Shown here one piece after another: positions 11,807-25,772 of a DNA stretch of 58,700 nucleotides. Each line of letters begins with the position of its first letter. The stretch's first letter is position 1. This DNA is from Lobosporangium transversale (lineage: Eukaryota): NCBI RefSeq assembly GCF_002105155.1, contig NW_019028997.1, positions 682,001-740,700 of the forward strand, given 5' to 3'. The notes under the pieces are model-generated. The model worked only from the letters and a program-made list of their open reading frames with translations, made no database searches and was not told where the DNA came from. Made by a program: the position numbers and the translations under genes.

Positions 11807-11859
<53 letters not shown>

Positions 11860-12131
11860 TAGAAAGAGTGTGTAAGAGAGAGTGTGTGTGCAGTGGAAAT
11901 AGGCTGAGAAAAGAAAGAAACAGTAGAAGAAGAATGTAGCGTACTAGTAAGGACAAGAAAGACCTCGTAGTAAACAAAATAATGTACACAACGAAAACAG
12001 AGAAGAAATAAAAGTATAATTGAGGGGGGAAAATAAACTGACTCTATGCTATTCCACTAAAAGTATCTCCCCCTCCTTGTTTGCAAAAAGTGGTATGTGG
12101 TAGAAAGAAAAAAGAAATCATGGCCCAACGG

Positions 12132-12473
12132 TCATGATCTCCGCACACCAACACTGTTCATACTCAATTCAATACTGTCCGCTCGAATCTCATCCACGAA
12201 GCTCCAGTCTTCATTATCCAAAAAGTTCAGCTGGAGTTGATTCAGGCTAGGCATACTCGACTGTAACTGTTGGAGCTGCATCTGTTCTTGCTCCATGATC
12301 TGCAACTGCAACTTTTGCTCCTCATCAATTTCTTCCCGGAAACGACGTCTCAAACTAAGTCGCTGTTGCATTTGTTGAGCCAGTTGCATCTGTTGTTGCT
12401 GTTGCTTTAGTAATGCATTCTCTGTTAATAGTACCGGATCATTCTGATTAAAGTACTGCTGCTCTTGCTGTCT

Positions 12474-12512
<39 letters not shown>

Positions 12513-15278
12513 CTGTTGCTGTTGTTGCTGTTGTTGCTGTTGTTGCTGTTGTTGCTGTTGTTGTTGACTGTATAATGGCGAATTGACACGGCTTATGTCA
12601 TTGGAATGACTCCGCTGTTGCATAGTGAGCAAACTCATTGTTTGCGGCAGTGGCTGTGTTGGAACAAACGTTGTCCCATTAAAGCTCGACATGTCCATGC
12701 CCATGCTCATGCCCATTTTCATAGACATGGCCATATTCATATTCATACCGAGCTCTGGTTGCTTTGCATTCATATCCTGACGCTGCGAGTTCCCATGATT
12801 GACTTCTTCCTTCATCATCCTGGCCTGGTACTCTCCCACAAACTGGCACATGTCACGGAAACATTCAGTACAGTCTACAGTGGGGCGACCACAGCCACAA
12901 CCGCAAATCAGGACACCATTATCACCCAACAGAGTGGGATGCTGCATCTGGGCTGCCTCCAGACTGGAGAGCCCTACCCCACTAAGCTCCTGTTTCAAAG
13001 CCTGTCGTGCATCCACACTCGAATTGCCTTCGTTCATCCCATTCTGGACCAAGTTCAAGGCGGCGCTGAGATTCAGAGCCTGAGCACTCGTGAGCGTCTT
13101 GTCGTTATCAAACATCATGTCCTTGTTCATATCCGTGTCACTACCGACGCCATCCTGTTTTGATCCGTCCATATTTGATTTTAGCATACCTCGGTTGTTT
13201 GGATAGGCAAGACACCCAGGACAGGCGCAAAGCTCACCACAGCAACACATACTAGCAGAAATAGCACATCCACATCCGTCTCGTGGAATAAGCTCATCAT
13301 CACCAAACTCGCTTCTGCTGGCAGAGGATGAATAGGATAGAATGGATGAAGCAGGGGATGATGCGATATCTCCAATCTTTCCAGAGCCACAACATCCCTT
13401 CTTGAGAGATGTGGTCGAAGAAACAGGAAGGTTATATAGACTCGAGGTACTGGAAGCTGGGCCGGGGGAAGAGTAAGGGTGATTGGGAGGTGTAGGCACA
13501 GCAGGAGATGAGGTGGTGGAGAACGTTGACAAGGCAGAATAGAGCATTCGAATTTCATCCGCAGATGCACTCTCCATCGGGTTCAACGGTGTAGTCCCGT
13601 TCATAATGTCATCCATGATCTTTTTAGAGTCCGAAGGGTTCAGCAAATCCATTTCCTCCAAATCATCTGAAGCATTACTGACAGCATAATTGGACATGTT
13701 GTCGGGAAAGAAAGGATAGGACGAAGATGAAGGCTGATAATGGTCGCTATCATAATCAGAAGAGCTAGTATAATCAAAGCACAGGTTGGACTGCATCTGA
13801 GTAAATTGTGGCAAGGATGAGGACGAGGGTGAGGGCGAGTGCTCTGAACTGACAGACGATGAGAGGGTCTGGACTAGTAAGGAAGAAGATCCGTTGGCAT
13901 AAATCCGGTTCCCGTTCATCCCATTGACATTCATTCCATTGATATTCATTCCATGAGACACAAGACCATCGGAACTCTGGATAGTCTGTCCACTGTGGGC
14001 ATGAAGCGGAAATGACATAGGTGGAACCGATTCTTGAGAGGGCTGAAGCAGACCGGGTTGACCGAAATCCAAGCATGTGGTGCCTTGTTGGTGATCGGAT
14101 ATATATGTCTTGGTTGCACCATTGGTGGGCGACGAGCCCTTGAATGGCTTGACGGCGGATTGAGCGGCGTGATTACGGCAGTGGGAACAGATGAGGCCAT
14201 CGTGGCAGCTGCATAGAGCGACACCTGGAAGGAGAACAGGCGCTTAAGTAAATGAGGACGATTTTTTTTCTTTTTTGTATAAAACATGGCATTTGGTCAC
14301 CATAGATAATAATTAATTCAACACGCTCCTGTCCGCAGCTGGTGCTCATAGTCCCCTGGACAGAGGCGTGGCAGAGAGCACGCGGAAGGAGCGAGTGAAT
14401 GCATGATTGAATGTCTACCTCCATTGGACGATTTTACGTCCGCGCTGTCCTGAGGACTACAGCCTTGAGTCGAGACGGACCGGAGGAGGTTCTCACCACC
14501 GATTGCTGCCGACATTGACAGGCGACCATCGTGGCTGAGTGATTTCGCACGTTTCAGACCGTTGGCGACAGCAGCAGCTCCTGTCGTTGAGCAGGTTGGC
14601 AAGGCCAGTGAACAAATAAATAAATGAATAAAACGAAAAGGAACACATGAACATGAAGCACTCAATCCAACCTTCCCTCCTATCAAAAGGCTCATCAACC
14701 AAGAAACAAAAAAGATACGGAATGGAATGATTAAAAGCCGGCAAACATACCTTCCTCTCGGCCACATATACAGCGGGCACTGACATGTTTTGCCTTGCGT
14801 AATTCTTTGCAGTGAGGACATTGGGTGGAAGGGCGACCTTTCTTTTTGATCTCATGCAAGGGACGTTCACTGATTGGGATAGATGACAAGAATAGTGTGG
14901 AAATCAGTCAGTCATTAGGAGAAACACGGAGGAAAAGATAAAGAGAGGAAATAAAGATGTAGGGGGGCAAATACGGAGTATTATTTGGATATTTACCCAT
15001 GATTACATGTTGTCGAACGATGACCCTTGATACAGGTCGCACTAATAACAAAAAAACGAGTGATACTTTGTCAGTCCCATCATGCGGCACACACACAAGG
15101 TATATCATCCTCCTCCTTGTTCTTTTCATGTTCACCAATTAGCTTGTAATTTCATCACATAAGTAAGAGGATAGGGTGACATTTGATCCAGGCACGGATA
15201 TCATCCATGACTCCTATCGTTAGTAGAAGCTATTATGACTACTTACCATGCAAACTTTTGGCCGTTTACAAAGATCAT
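12132..15278 (-). CDS. Copper-fist transcription factor (Ace1/Mac1/Haa1 family), multi-exon
   Basis: Exons 15278-15247, 15041-14997 and 14869-14751 splice (GT-AG) into MIFVNGQKFACATCIKGHRSTTCNHGERPLHEIKKKGRPSTQCPHCKELRKAKHVSARCICG, a copper-fist domain. A further exon starts near 14580 (its donor is uncertain). The last exon (about 14224-12132) has Cys clusters and polyQ. Confidence 0.9.
12475..12566 (-). repeat. CAA/CAG repeat encoding a polyglutamine tract of about 30 Q
   Basis: (TGT/TGC)n on the + strand inside the last exon of the copper-fist gene. Confidence 0.9.
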
Positions 15279-15842
15279 GACGAGTTATAAATAAAGAGAT
15301 AGTGGGGGAGGTTCTCGATATCAGTGGCCGAATGAACTTTTTTTTTTTTTTTTTTTTTTTTCTTTTCTTTTAATGATAATAACAGGCTGGTATTTTGTAT
15401 CAAAAGAGAGAGAGAGAGAGAGTTGATTGTTCTTGAGCGAAACAGATACACACACTTGAGTAGGTTATGAGTTTCTTGTGAAGAATTACTTGTAAAGGAG
15501 TTGAGACTCGGGGTTTTTGTTTGTTCTTCCTATTATGTTCCTTATTATTTTTTTTTTTACACAGATATATGTATTACAAATATCACACACGATGATTGAT
15601 CTAAAGTCTACACCTTTTTTTTTCTCTTTTCTTTTTTTTCTTTTTACAGAGTGAATTAGAGTCCTGAACAATGAGTAGAGAAAGTGGAAGGGAAGGGAGG
15701 AGTTTCTTGTTTGTTTGTGTCTTTGAAAGAGTTTTAGAGAGCAGGAGAACAAGGAGTTGGAAGAGAGCGAGTGAGAAGAGGTAGCAGTAGAGAGGTTAAA
15801 GTGTCGGTAGATGCATATGAATGAAGAGTGAGAACGAGAGCG

Positions 15843-15849
<7 letters not shown>

Positions 15850-15884
<35 letters not shown>

Positions 15885-16404
15885 AAGAGAGGGGAAGTGA
15901 GTAAGAAACAAGAAGGATTGGATGGAAGAAAAAGAAAGAGAGAAAAGAGAACGAGAAAAAGAGAGAGGAAAAGGGCTGAAGGGCAGTGCTTGGGAAGTAC
16001 GAGGATGAGTGTACTGATTAAACAAGTGGAACACAGCAAGCACAACTGGGAATAATTTTTTCAAGTCAGTCAGAGCCAACAGTGCAGCGCCAAAAAAAGG
16101 AAAAAAAAAAAAAAAAAAAAAAAAAAGGGAGTTAAGGAAAATGAGAGAACCCGAGATGCTAACCAAGGCAAACTGGGGGTGTTGGTCCTGAAACAGGCAC
16201 CAACGGAGTGAAGAGGATGCTATTAAGAGTAGGGGGGGAGGGGGGAGGTGAATGAAAGAAAAAGAAAAAGTGGGAAGGAGATGAAAGTGATGAATCAAAG
16301 ATGTGAGATTCAAAAAATAAAAAAAAAATAAGCGATGAGAGAGTGTATGTTTGTGAGAGTTAAAGAAAGCAATAAGCCTCCGAAGGAGAAGAAAAGAGTC
16401 AGGC

Positions 16405-16456
<52 letters not shown>
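15850..16456. repeat. Two (GA)n microsatellites (about 15850-15882 and 16408-16456) in a purine-rich region upstream of the copper-fist gene
   Basis: Directly visible in the sequence. Confidence 0.85.
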
Positions 16457-16457
<1 letters not shown>

Positions 16458-17893
16458 GAAAAGACGTGCAAATTCACAATCAAGTTCAATCATTTTGACA
16501 ACAGGACAGGTCAATCAACAATCAACAATAAAAACTATAATTTACATTGACACATTAATATTTTAGCCACTTGGACAGCATCGAAAAAAAACGATCAGAC
16601 ATCCCATCAATGTCGTGGTCATCCAAATGGTTTACACATGTTTACTATCCCATCACAAAGTGAAAAGATAGGTCAAAAACGAGCAAAGTCAAACCGCATC
16701 AGAATAATAGCCACAGCCATTTTTGTATTAGTGAACCATTCTTGATTACGCTAATCAAATAAAAAGAACAAACAAATATAAAAACCATTGTTTCAGGAAC
16801 GTTGCTTTGTTTTATAAGAAGAAACTACTCAGTCTTATATAATGTAATCATTGTTCATTGTTCATTGTTCATTGTTCATTGTTCATACTCATGTTTCTAT
16901 TGCAGGGAAAGCTGGGTGGAAACATCAAAATGCGTAAGAAACTTTTTTCTTTGTATTGTATAGAAAAGCAGACCTATGCACATGCATACGTATCTGTGTA
17001 TACTTGCCCCATTCATTCTCTTCTTTTTTCCTTTTGCTATACTCTCAGTTATACAAAAGATGTAAAAAGCACTTTTTTTCTTATCATCTTTCTTTTCTTT
17101 TTTTGCTCTACAAGTCGGTGAGGGTGCTCAAAAGAATGCTCAATCTTAATGGATCTAAAGTGAATTACAACTCATCAAAAAATAAAAAAAAGAGGGCTGG
17201 GTCTTCTCAGTAATTGCCAGCAAATGATATCCCTTTTTTTTTTTTTTGTATATTTAGTTTGAGACGCCTACCTGCGGCGGGAGAAGCGCGGAGTAAACGC
17301 TTCAGGGAATACATGTTCATGTACATGTACACAGGACAGGGTGTCTTACAGACTGACGTTAACAAAATACAAAGTTGGCGGTAATTCAGTAAATATAAAT
17401 TATAAACGTACATGTACACAGGGACATAGACTATTATATATAATAGTATATATATTATGATTATATATAATAAATATATACATATTATATATATTACATA
17501 TAATATTTTATAAATATAATAAATATGATAGATATGGAGATATGGAGATAGATGTATACACCGTGCTTCATATAAATATACGTTATGATAAACCTAAAAA
17601 ATAATCCACATGCGCCTCATACAAATAATAAAGATGCACATGCACTCAATTTGATCTGAACAAAAGTGGACTCATTTAAACCTGCAGGATTGATTCTGAT
17701 TTTGATTTTTTTGATTATGATTTTTTGATTTTGATTTGGTTGAAATACAACAATAAAAAAGAAGAAGAAAAAAAGTGGGTTTCCGTGGACTATTTATGCG
17801 TTTTTTTTCTTTTTTTTTTGTCCTCACTCAATAATATAGATATACTACACTTTGGTATCGCGAGGGATTTATTTGATGCAGAACCCTTGATGA

Positions 17894-17928
<35 letters not shown>

Positions 17929-18934
17929 CTCTAGTACTTGAGGAAACAAAATGCTGAAGTATCTATATACATGTACAAATTTCTTTATTTCATGTGTATG
18001 TTTGTGTAATGTGAGTGCTACACGCATGTGTTTTCATGCTGCATGCTGTGTAAATTTTTGTCCGCCAGTAAAAAAAATCGCGCCCCCCTCCGACTCACAA
18101 TTAAACAAAAAAAAGGGGACCGCAAAGCCCCGAGAATGAAGAAAGGGGGTTAGGAAGGGGACATGCAAATTAATCTTTGTTTGTGCGTTCATTGTTTATA
18201 AAAAAAAACGCGAAAAGGGGGGTGAGGGGAGGAAGCACCAAAAAAAGAAATGCCTCACTCTTTTTTTTTTTTTGCACTCTGTCTCACTTGAGACGTTTTT
18301 TCTTTGCCACATGCGCCCAAATGGCCATGATGTCAGGAGAAAACAAACAAACAAACATGACAAACATTGCTCTTTGTAGCCCTAATCTAGAGCAGTATCT
18401 TGGACTCTCCTCTCTCCTCCTCATCTCCTCGAGGTATCCCTGGACTTGAACGAACCACAGAGCTCTGTACATGCTTTACATGAACCCGTTTGTATCAGAT
18501 ATCTCATTAATTAATTACATTGCTGTTGCTTATGGTCTTGTAGTTTCTAGACCACGTGAGAACTCATGCCATCCAATCGATAAACACCCAACCTTTTTTT
18601 TAATTGGTGGCGCAAGGCATATTGATATCCTTTCTCACTTTGTTGACTGTCTCTCTCCCATGCTTATCATGTCGTTCATGTTGACAAATGCGTGATTACG
18701 GCAGCAGACTACTGTCTCATTAACATATTTGTGGCAAAGACATTACATAAATTGATTATCCAGCTCTCTCCCCTTAACAACCCAACCGAAAGAGCAGCGT
18801 CACCAAGCTTACCACACGTGATCATGTTTTTTTTTTTTTTTTTGAGCATTTGCATTTGTCAACCTTTTTTGATTTGATTTGCTCTCTCTTTCTCTCTCAA
18901 TCCACATTCACTCTTCTGACATCAAAAACACATC

Positions 18935-20728
18935 ATGGCCGAAGTTCCTACTTTCAAACTTGTCCTTAGTAAGTATACATGTTTATTCACTCTATTTTCA
19001 TGGAGGACCAGTCATTACTCAACAATGACGGCGACATGATTCATTTTGATCTAACTTTTTTTTTATATTCTTCAACTCTTAAATCTCTATCAACCAATTT
19101 TAGTTGGAGATGGTGGTACGGGAAAGACCACTTTCGTCAAGCGCCATTTGACTGGTGAATTCGAGAAGAAGTATATTGGTAAAGACCTTTTTTCTTTTAT
19201 CTCTTTTTCTACCATATTTTATATATGTATATATTCATGCATATATGGAGGAAACTCTTCAAGAGAACAGAAGAAAAAAACGGATTGGCGGGAACTGTCG
19301 ACTGAACTATAGATACGCCATCGATTCTTGTCAGCATATGCGATATGCAATATGCGATACTTTTATTTTATTTTTCATTACTTTCTTTTTTTTTTTTTTT
19401 GCCTTCACCACTTAATCCGTGGTGGATTTGAAATGGGATTTTTTAATTTTTTTGGCTCAACATTTTTTCTTTCTTTCTTTTCCACCGCGCCACCCTGCAA
19501 TGAACCACAACACATACGGTATTCCATCTCTTTCTGGAGTTCCGAAAGATTCAGAGCCTTTTTTTTTGTGGAGCTTTATTTTGCGCACTGAACTATCTTG
19601 ATTCAGAAGATAAGGTTAAAAAAAAATAATAGTAATAGTAATAATAGCAGTTACTGAGGCTCCTTTGGAAGTATTCAAGAGCAGCAAACAACATACGATA
19701 GGATACAACAATGGAGATCAGATCACACGAACGATATGGCGTAGCATGCAACACCCTATTGATTTTTTTTTTTTTTTAAAAAAAAAGAAAAAAAAGGCCT
19801 TTTCTCCTCTCGAGTGGCAATGCAAATTGTGGCAAAAATATTAACTTTTTTTTTTTTTCTTTTTCACTTTTATTTCCATTATGTCATAGCCACTTTGGGT
19901 GTTGAAGTCCATCCCTTGAGCTTCTCCACCAACTTTGGTAACATCGTCTTCAACACTTGGGATACTGGCAAGTATTTCTTTTTCCTTTTTTATTTTTTTC
20001 CCTCCTTCCAGATCGGTTTTTTGGAGCAATAATGTCCAAATCGAACTTTAAAAAATTAACCAGCTCCAGAAAATCATCTACAAACATCATCTCTTAACTA
20101 AAATTAATAGCTGGTCAGGAGAAGTTCGGTGGTCTCCGTGATGGTTACTAGTAAGTTACTTTTCTCATGTTCAAAGATCCAGCGGAAGTCGAACCTGGAG
20201 TTTGTAACCAAAAGTTCTCCCCCTATCCCAACAACTACTCTTTTTTTTTTTTTTTTTGCAAGACGCTAATCAAAATTATTGCTCCGCTTTTTTTACTTGA
20301 AACATCATCATGACAGCATCAATGGACAATGCGGTATCATCATGTTTGATTTGACTTCCAGAATCACCTACAGGAGCGTTCCCAATTGGCATCGTGATCT
20401 TGTTCGTGTTTGCGAGAACATCCCTATTGTCCTCTGTGGAAACAAGGTCGACATCAAGGAACGTAAGGTCAAGCCCAAATCTATTGATTTCCATCGCAAA
20501 AAGTCTCTTCAGTACTACGATATCTCAGCCAAGAGCAACTACAACTTTGAGAAGCCTTTCCTCTGGTTGGCTCGTAAGCTCTCAGGAAATCCCGGATTGG
20601 AGTTTGTTGCTTCCCCTGCCTTGGCTCCTGCTGAGGTCAGCATCGATGCTGCTCTTATGCAACAGTACAAGCAAGAACTGGATACTGCTGCTCAGATGCC
20701 CCTTCCTGAGGAAGATGATGACCTGTAA
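18935..20728 (+). CDS. GSP1: Ran GTPase (GSP1/spi1), 5 exons
   Basis: Exons 18935-18968, 19104-19178, 19890-19967, 20111-20150 and 20317-20728 give [46 protein letters not shown]...[17 protein letters not shown]...NKVD...SAK...PEEDDDL. Intron 3 is GC-AG. Confidence 0.97.
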
Positions 20729-20995
20729 AAAAAAATACTTTTTGTATCCCCAACTTTGTTTAGGACCTTCTATTGATTCCTTAGTATACATTTTACATTA
20801 GTCGTTCTAAGTCCCTCCTTTTTTTCCGCCAACAACTATTCTCCCTTCCCTACATCCAGCCTTAGTTATAGTCAAATAAAAGAGAAAAAAAAAAAAAAAA
20901 AAAAAAAAAAAATTACATATAAATCAGACTTTAGACTTTCTAATTTCTTTTTCCTTTATTTCTGAGTTTTTTTTAGAGGAAGGTGGGTGAGGGTA

Positions 20996-23689
20996 TCAAA
21001 GAGGTGATAAGATGTCTTTGGCCTGTGTTGACAGAGAGTTTATGTTATCACTGTTAGTGTTGCTTGTATATTGTTTTTCCTTCTCTTGTTCTCGTTCTCG
21101 CTTATTATCCTTCTCCAATTCGTTGACGAGGGCCACAAGGGCTGCACGGTTGACAGGATTAGAAGATCTTAAAGATCGTTTCCTGACAGAACTCTGATTA
21201 CTACTACTAGTGCTTGGCGTTCGACGTGTTGAACGGGACGTTGTCGTTGTTGGACTGCCTGGTGTCTCGTCAGTTCCATTTTTGTTAACCACAGGAGCAA
21301 ATGATAGTTTGGTAGGGGTAGGGGGTGTGAGGGTGGTGCTAATAGCGGTGGTAGTGCTGGTAGTGTTGATAGGACCATTATTATCAGTACCATTCAAAGT
21401 ACCATGAGCAGGACCATTAGCAATGCTAGTGCTAGTGCTTGTGCCCATACCACTTCCACTTGTACTGCCACTGCCACTGCCAGTAGCAAACATAGTAGCA
21501 GTTGCAGTCGTGGTCGTGGTTGTGGTCTTGGCTTTGGTTGTTGCAGCCGAGAAAATAAAGGCTTGTTGAAGCTCAATGGCCGAGGTATGGTATTCCTTAT
21601 TTCGACGTCTTCCACCACTTCCACGAATGCTTGTCCATCTTCGAGTCCCATGACCAGTCCAAAAGTTGGATGATTCCTTGTTTGAACTAGAATGACCACT
21701 TTTGCTACTACTAATATCGTTGTTGTTGCTATCACTATCGCTGTCATTGTCACCAAAGCCAAGTGTTGCAGTCAAGTTGTATACACGTCTCGCAATCTGA
21801 AGTGGTCCTCGGACTGCACCTAATAACTCATCCACAAGGGATTCACCCATCATGGACCATCTCTGAGCAGAGTAATATGGTTGATTCACTCGAAGGGTCT
21901 TTGAATAAGCAGTAGTGCTGCCAGAAACAGGTGATGTAGGTGACCGTGCATGATTATTATAAGATGAAGAAGAGGAAGAAGGAGTACGACGTGGATGTCT
22001 CGAAGAAGGCGATCGAATGGATCCTTGACCTGTGGATGCAGATGAAGTAGAGGGCTTTGTGTCTGATACTGCCCCTGCTGCTGTTATAGTTGTAGTTGTA
22101 GACGATGGCGTTTGAAATGTCTCTTCACTTAACGCAGTTCGCCCTTTGGTTTTGGTCCCAGTCTTCAGTCCTCCAACCTTCCGATGACTATTGTGAAGGG
22201 AAGAAGTTGATGTCGAGAAGGATGAGCTCAAGGCCTCACGAAGACTACTCGAAGAGACGGACGAGCCCGATAAGGAGGAAGCATGGTAGCTATAATTGCT
22301 CTCCACTTGGTTTTGCACCTGGGCAATTGACTCTGGTGTCTCCAATTTCTTTGAATGCTCCGGTGATGGGAAAAAGGACAGGACGCCTGCGGGGACTGTG
22401 ATGAGTCCTTGTTGAACCATCACCGTCGTCTCCACTGTATCAGCTCCAGCAGCGTTGTGTTGATGATGATGATAAGCATCTAATACATTTGCATAACCGG
22501 TCCTGTGTCCTTCATCCAGATCATCCGCCTCATAGATGTGATGTTGAGTTCCAAATGTCATAAAGTCACTTTGCATTGGAGGTAACTGTGATTGTGAGGA
22601 AAATGATGATGGTTGTTGCTTTCCACCGGTATCCTCTTCCTCAGTAACCGTGTGGTTAAGTCGATTAGTGATAATGGCTGATAGATTACCACCCGCAGGT
22701 TCCGTAGTAGTGGTGGAAGTGATAGCGGTATCCACAGAGCCTCGCCTTGAACCAATATTGGAAGATGATGGCGACGACGCTGGTGATGAAGACGTTGTTG
22801 CTGTTGTGGTTGCCGACATTGTTGATGCTGTTGCGGCTGATAGACTCAACTTCCGTGCTGTCGCATAGTGTCTTAGATCCATCGTTCGATGACGCTGGTG
22901 AACTGGATTTGTACGCATCTCTTGTCCTTGTCCTTGATGGCCTGCCAGGGCTTTGCGATGTTGTTGCTCCTGCGTGACTAAATCCATCTCCTTAAAGCGT
23001 GCTGCGAGAGCTTCATGTGTCATCGAGGGAGGCACTACAACTGTGTTTGGCAAGTTCTCCGATACAGCTGTTGCTGCCATCGATGGTGATGATGATGATG
23101 AGGAGGTTGATGAGGTTGAAGATGATAGTGGCCCTGCTTGCTTGGTTCCAGCGCCGATGAAATCAGTGGCGCTTCTACGAGGATGAAGTAATGTTTGCGA
23201 TGAGACAGGTGCAGCCCTAAGGCTGTTATCCAAAGTAAGGGATGTAGAAGTCATCGTTGGAGATGACATCGGTGGTGCTGCTATCGACTTGGGATCTACC
23301 CAAGTCCCAACACGCGGTGAACCAGTGCCAATGTTTATGCCTGTTTTGACAGCAGGAGCTGTTGCTGCGTTTCCAGAGAGAGTTGAATCTACAGCTGAGT
23401 TTCTGTCATGGATGCTGTTGTTATTATTCCTGGCGTATTCATTTCCAAAGTCATCTCTTGATGTTTGAGAGTTCATGACAGATCCAGACCGAGAATGATA
23501 ATGCTGTGAGGATGGCTGTCGAATACGCTGAGGTAAGGTCACTGTTTGGTTGGCCTCATCTACCAGGACTCCCTCTTGCTTTGTTACTGTGCATTCCTCA
23601 AAAGGGATGTAGAGGTACTTGCGAGTATGGATCGAATCATTAGTCCACAATTTGTTGGATTTTTTAAGTACAGAGAGCTATGATTACAA

Positions 23690-23725
<36 letters not shown>

Positions 23726-24654
23726 AATAAGAATAACGTAATACCACTCCTGAATCGACGCAAAGCAATATAATCCAATATATTTATACCTGAATACCAT
23801 AGTAAAGCGCAATCCCAACAAGCGTGTCTGTGGGAGTAATCTGATGAATGATCACACGTTTCCCAACACTTCCTGTCGTATTTTTGCCATTCACGAGACC
23901 TGAATGTCCTTCTTTTTTACCCTCTCTTTTATACGCCCAGCCTCTATTGCCATCTGCCTTGGAGGTATTTCTCCTCCTTCTAGTACTCTGTTCCAAAGGA
24001 GGGACATCCTTGCCATTGGTTTGATTAGGGTAATGCGCCTGTCGGGTATCCACACTCATACTCATACTACGGTCCTTATTATTTTGAGTCACTATCGTAT
24101 TCAAATCTCGATACCTTTCATCCTCCAAGGTTTCGGGTTCTACTGTATAGTCCATCAAGAGCGGGTGAGAGCCACTCCACACTAGTCCTCCTCCTCCTAC
24201 TCCATCTGCCATATCAGTAGCCCTCTGATCTGATGATTTCGACGGCCTAATAGTAGAATAAGATGAAGACGAGCCTTCCGACACTAGGGTTGAAGAAGAA
24301 GGACACTCTGACAGCTGAGATAATCGATGTAGTGATTGTCGCTGTTGTTGTTGGATTGATGTGTCCGCGGATGATTTCCGCCTACTTTTGCCTACATTAG
24401 ATGTATGGGTTAGAATGGACGAATGTGTTGTTGCAGAACCTGATGATGATGAAGTTGGGTTTTGATTTGATAGAATATCTGATTCTTCACTAGAGTTGAT
24501 AGAGTGGATGGTATTTACAGGCTTGGCTTCCTCCAATGGGCCTAAATCTGAGAGATGCTCTAAAGGCTTGTGCAGTCTTGATTGGACGGGTGAAGATTGT
24601 GTACGTGCTCTAGTGATGGGTCGCCGTATAGGCTGAGATGGTTGTGCAAGGAGC

Positions 24655-24688
<34 letters not shown>

Positions 24689-25772
24689 CTGGGTAATGGC
24701 TGCTGTAGCCGCTGCCTATTGGATCCTCCTGAACTGCACTCTGCGGTGTGGCAGAGCCGCTTTTAAAGTCCAAAGTCTTTGTTTCGGGTGATATAGTCGA
24801 TATTGAAGCAAGATCGGGCAGAGATATAGTACAGTCGGATGTAGTAGGGTTAGTGGTAGGAGTAGCAGTGGCGGTCATTGGAGTCACTGAAGTAGTACAT
24901 GTACTTGTCTTGAGATCAGCATTGGAAGGATTATTATCCGAGAGGTGATCGTCATCCATTGATCCATGAAAACTTTGTTTGGTTTGATAGTTGTCCTCTT
25001 TCTCCTCTTTCTCCTCATTCTCCCCCCTCTTTTGAGAACTGGAAGGAGGCAGTACACCGGAGAGAGTACTATTGTCACTGACGTGTTTGTCATCGTGATC
25101 ATTATCATTACTGTGCTTTTGATTATGATTACTCGTGTTCTTGACTACCCCGTTCGCCTGACCTTTCCGACTGGGGGTGTCTCTCTCTTCTTGTGTAACC
25201 GTCCCCTGGTTTTCGCGCGGACCAGCTTCAGTGTCAAGAGGATATGCCTGTTCTGTTCTTTGATCTTCCCCTGCATTAGAATCGTCACCATCCCTTTCTC
25301 TGTTCTCGTCGTCACTGCGGATTGGCTGATCTTCCTCAGCATGACTGACATTTAGGGGATGCTCACTACTAGTGCCAGTAAGCTTCGTCTTCTGTCCCTG
25401 TTGTTGCTGTTGTTTCGATTGTGTCATATTTAGGGAGAGAGGATCGGCAAAAGAAGAGGAATTGGTGGAATTGGGGTTGGATGTGGATATGGATAAAGAA
25501 AGAGGTGAGCCTGAACTAGAGTTGTTGCGCTTGATTTTTTGACTTGCTTCCTCTGTTCTCTCTTTACTATTTAGTGGACTTTTAATTCTATCAGTCCTTT
25601 GACCTAAAGCATCACCATGGGCTCCACTTTGTAAAGGATCGTCTAGGATTGGCATTGAATTATCATGGCTTTTGATGTTGTTGGTAGTGCTGCTATTCCA
25701 GACGAGAGCATGGATATTTTTTAAGGCTGATGGAGCTGTCTCCAATCGCTGCTGCTGCTCTAATATATTCAT
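20996..25772 (-). CDS. Large, mostly low-complexity protein with a single LysM domain (about 1554 aa, 2 exons)
   Basis: Exons 25772-23790 and 23677-20996 join in frame to give HQITPTDTLVGIALYYGIQ|LSVLKKSNKLWTNDSIHTRKYLYIP, which fits the LysM consensus. No signal peptide. Confidence 0.85.

Noticed and set aside
11806..11856. Poly-T directly followed by poly-A (apparent hairpin), with similar cases near 19762 and 41997
   Set aside because: Homopolymer runs are ubiquitous in this window, so adjacency is not evidence of function.
15486..16514. 342-aa ORF on the minus strand
   Set aside because: Translation of (CT)n and poly-T tracts gives an L/S/F-rich artefact; more likely 5' UTR or promoter of the copper-fist gene.
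17420..17560. Very AT-rich quasi-palindromic tract
   Set aside because: Low-complexity (TA)n sequence with no TIR, TSD or other supporting structure.
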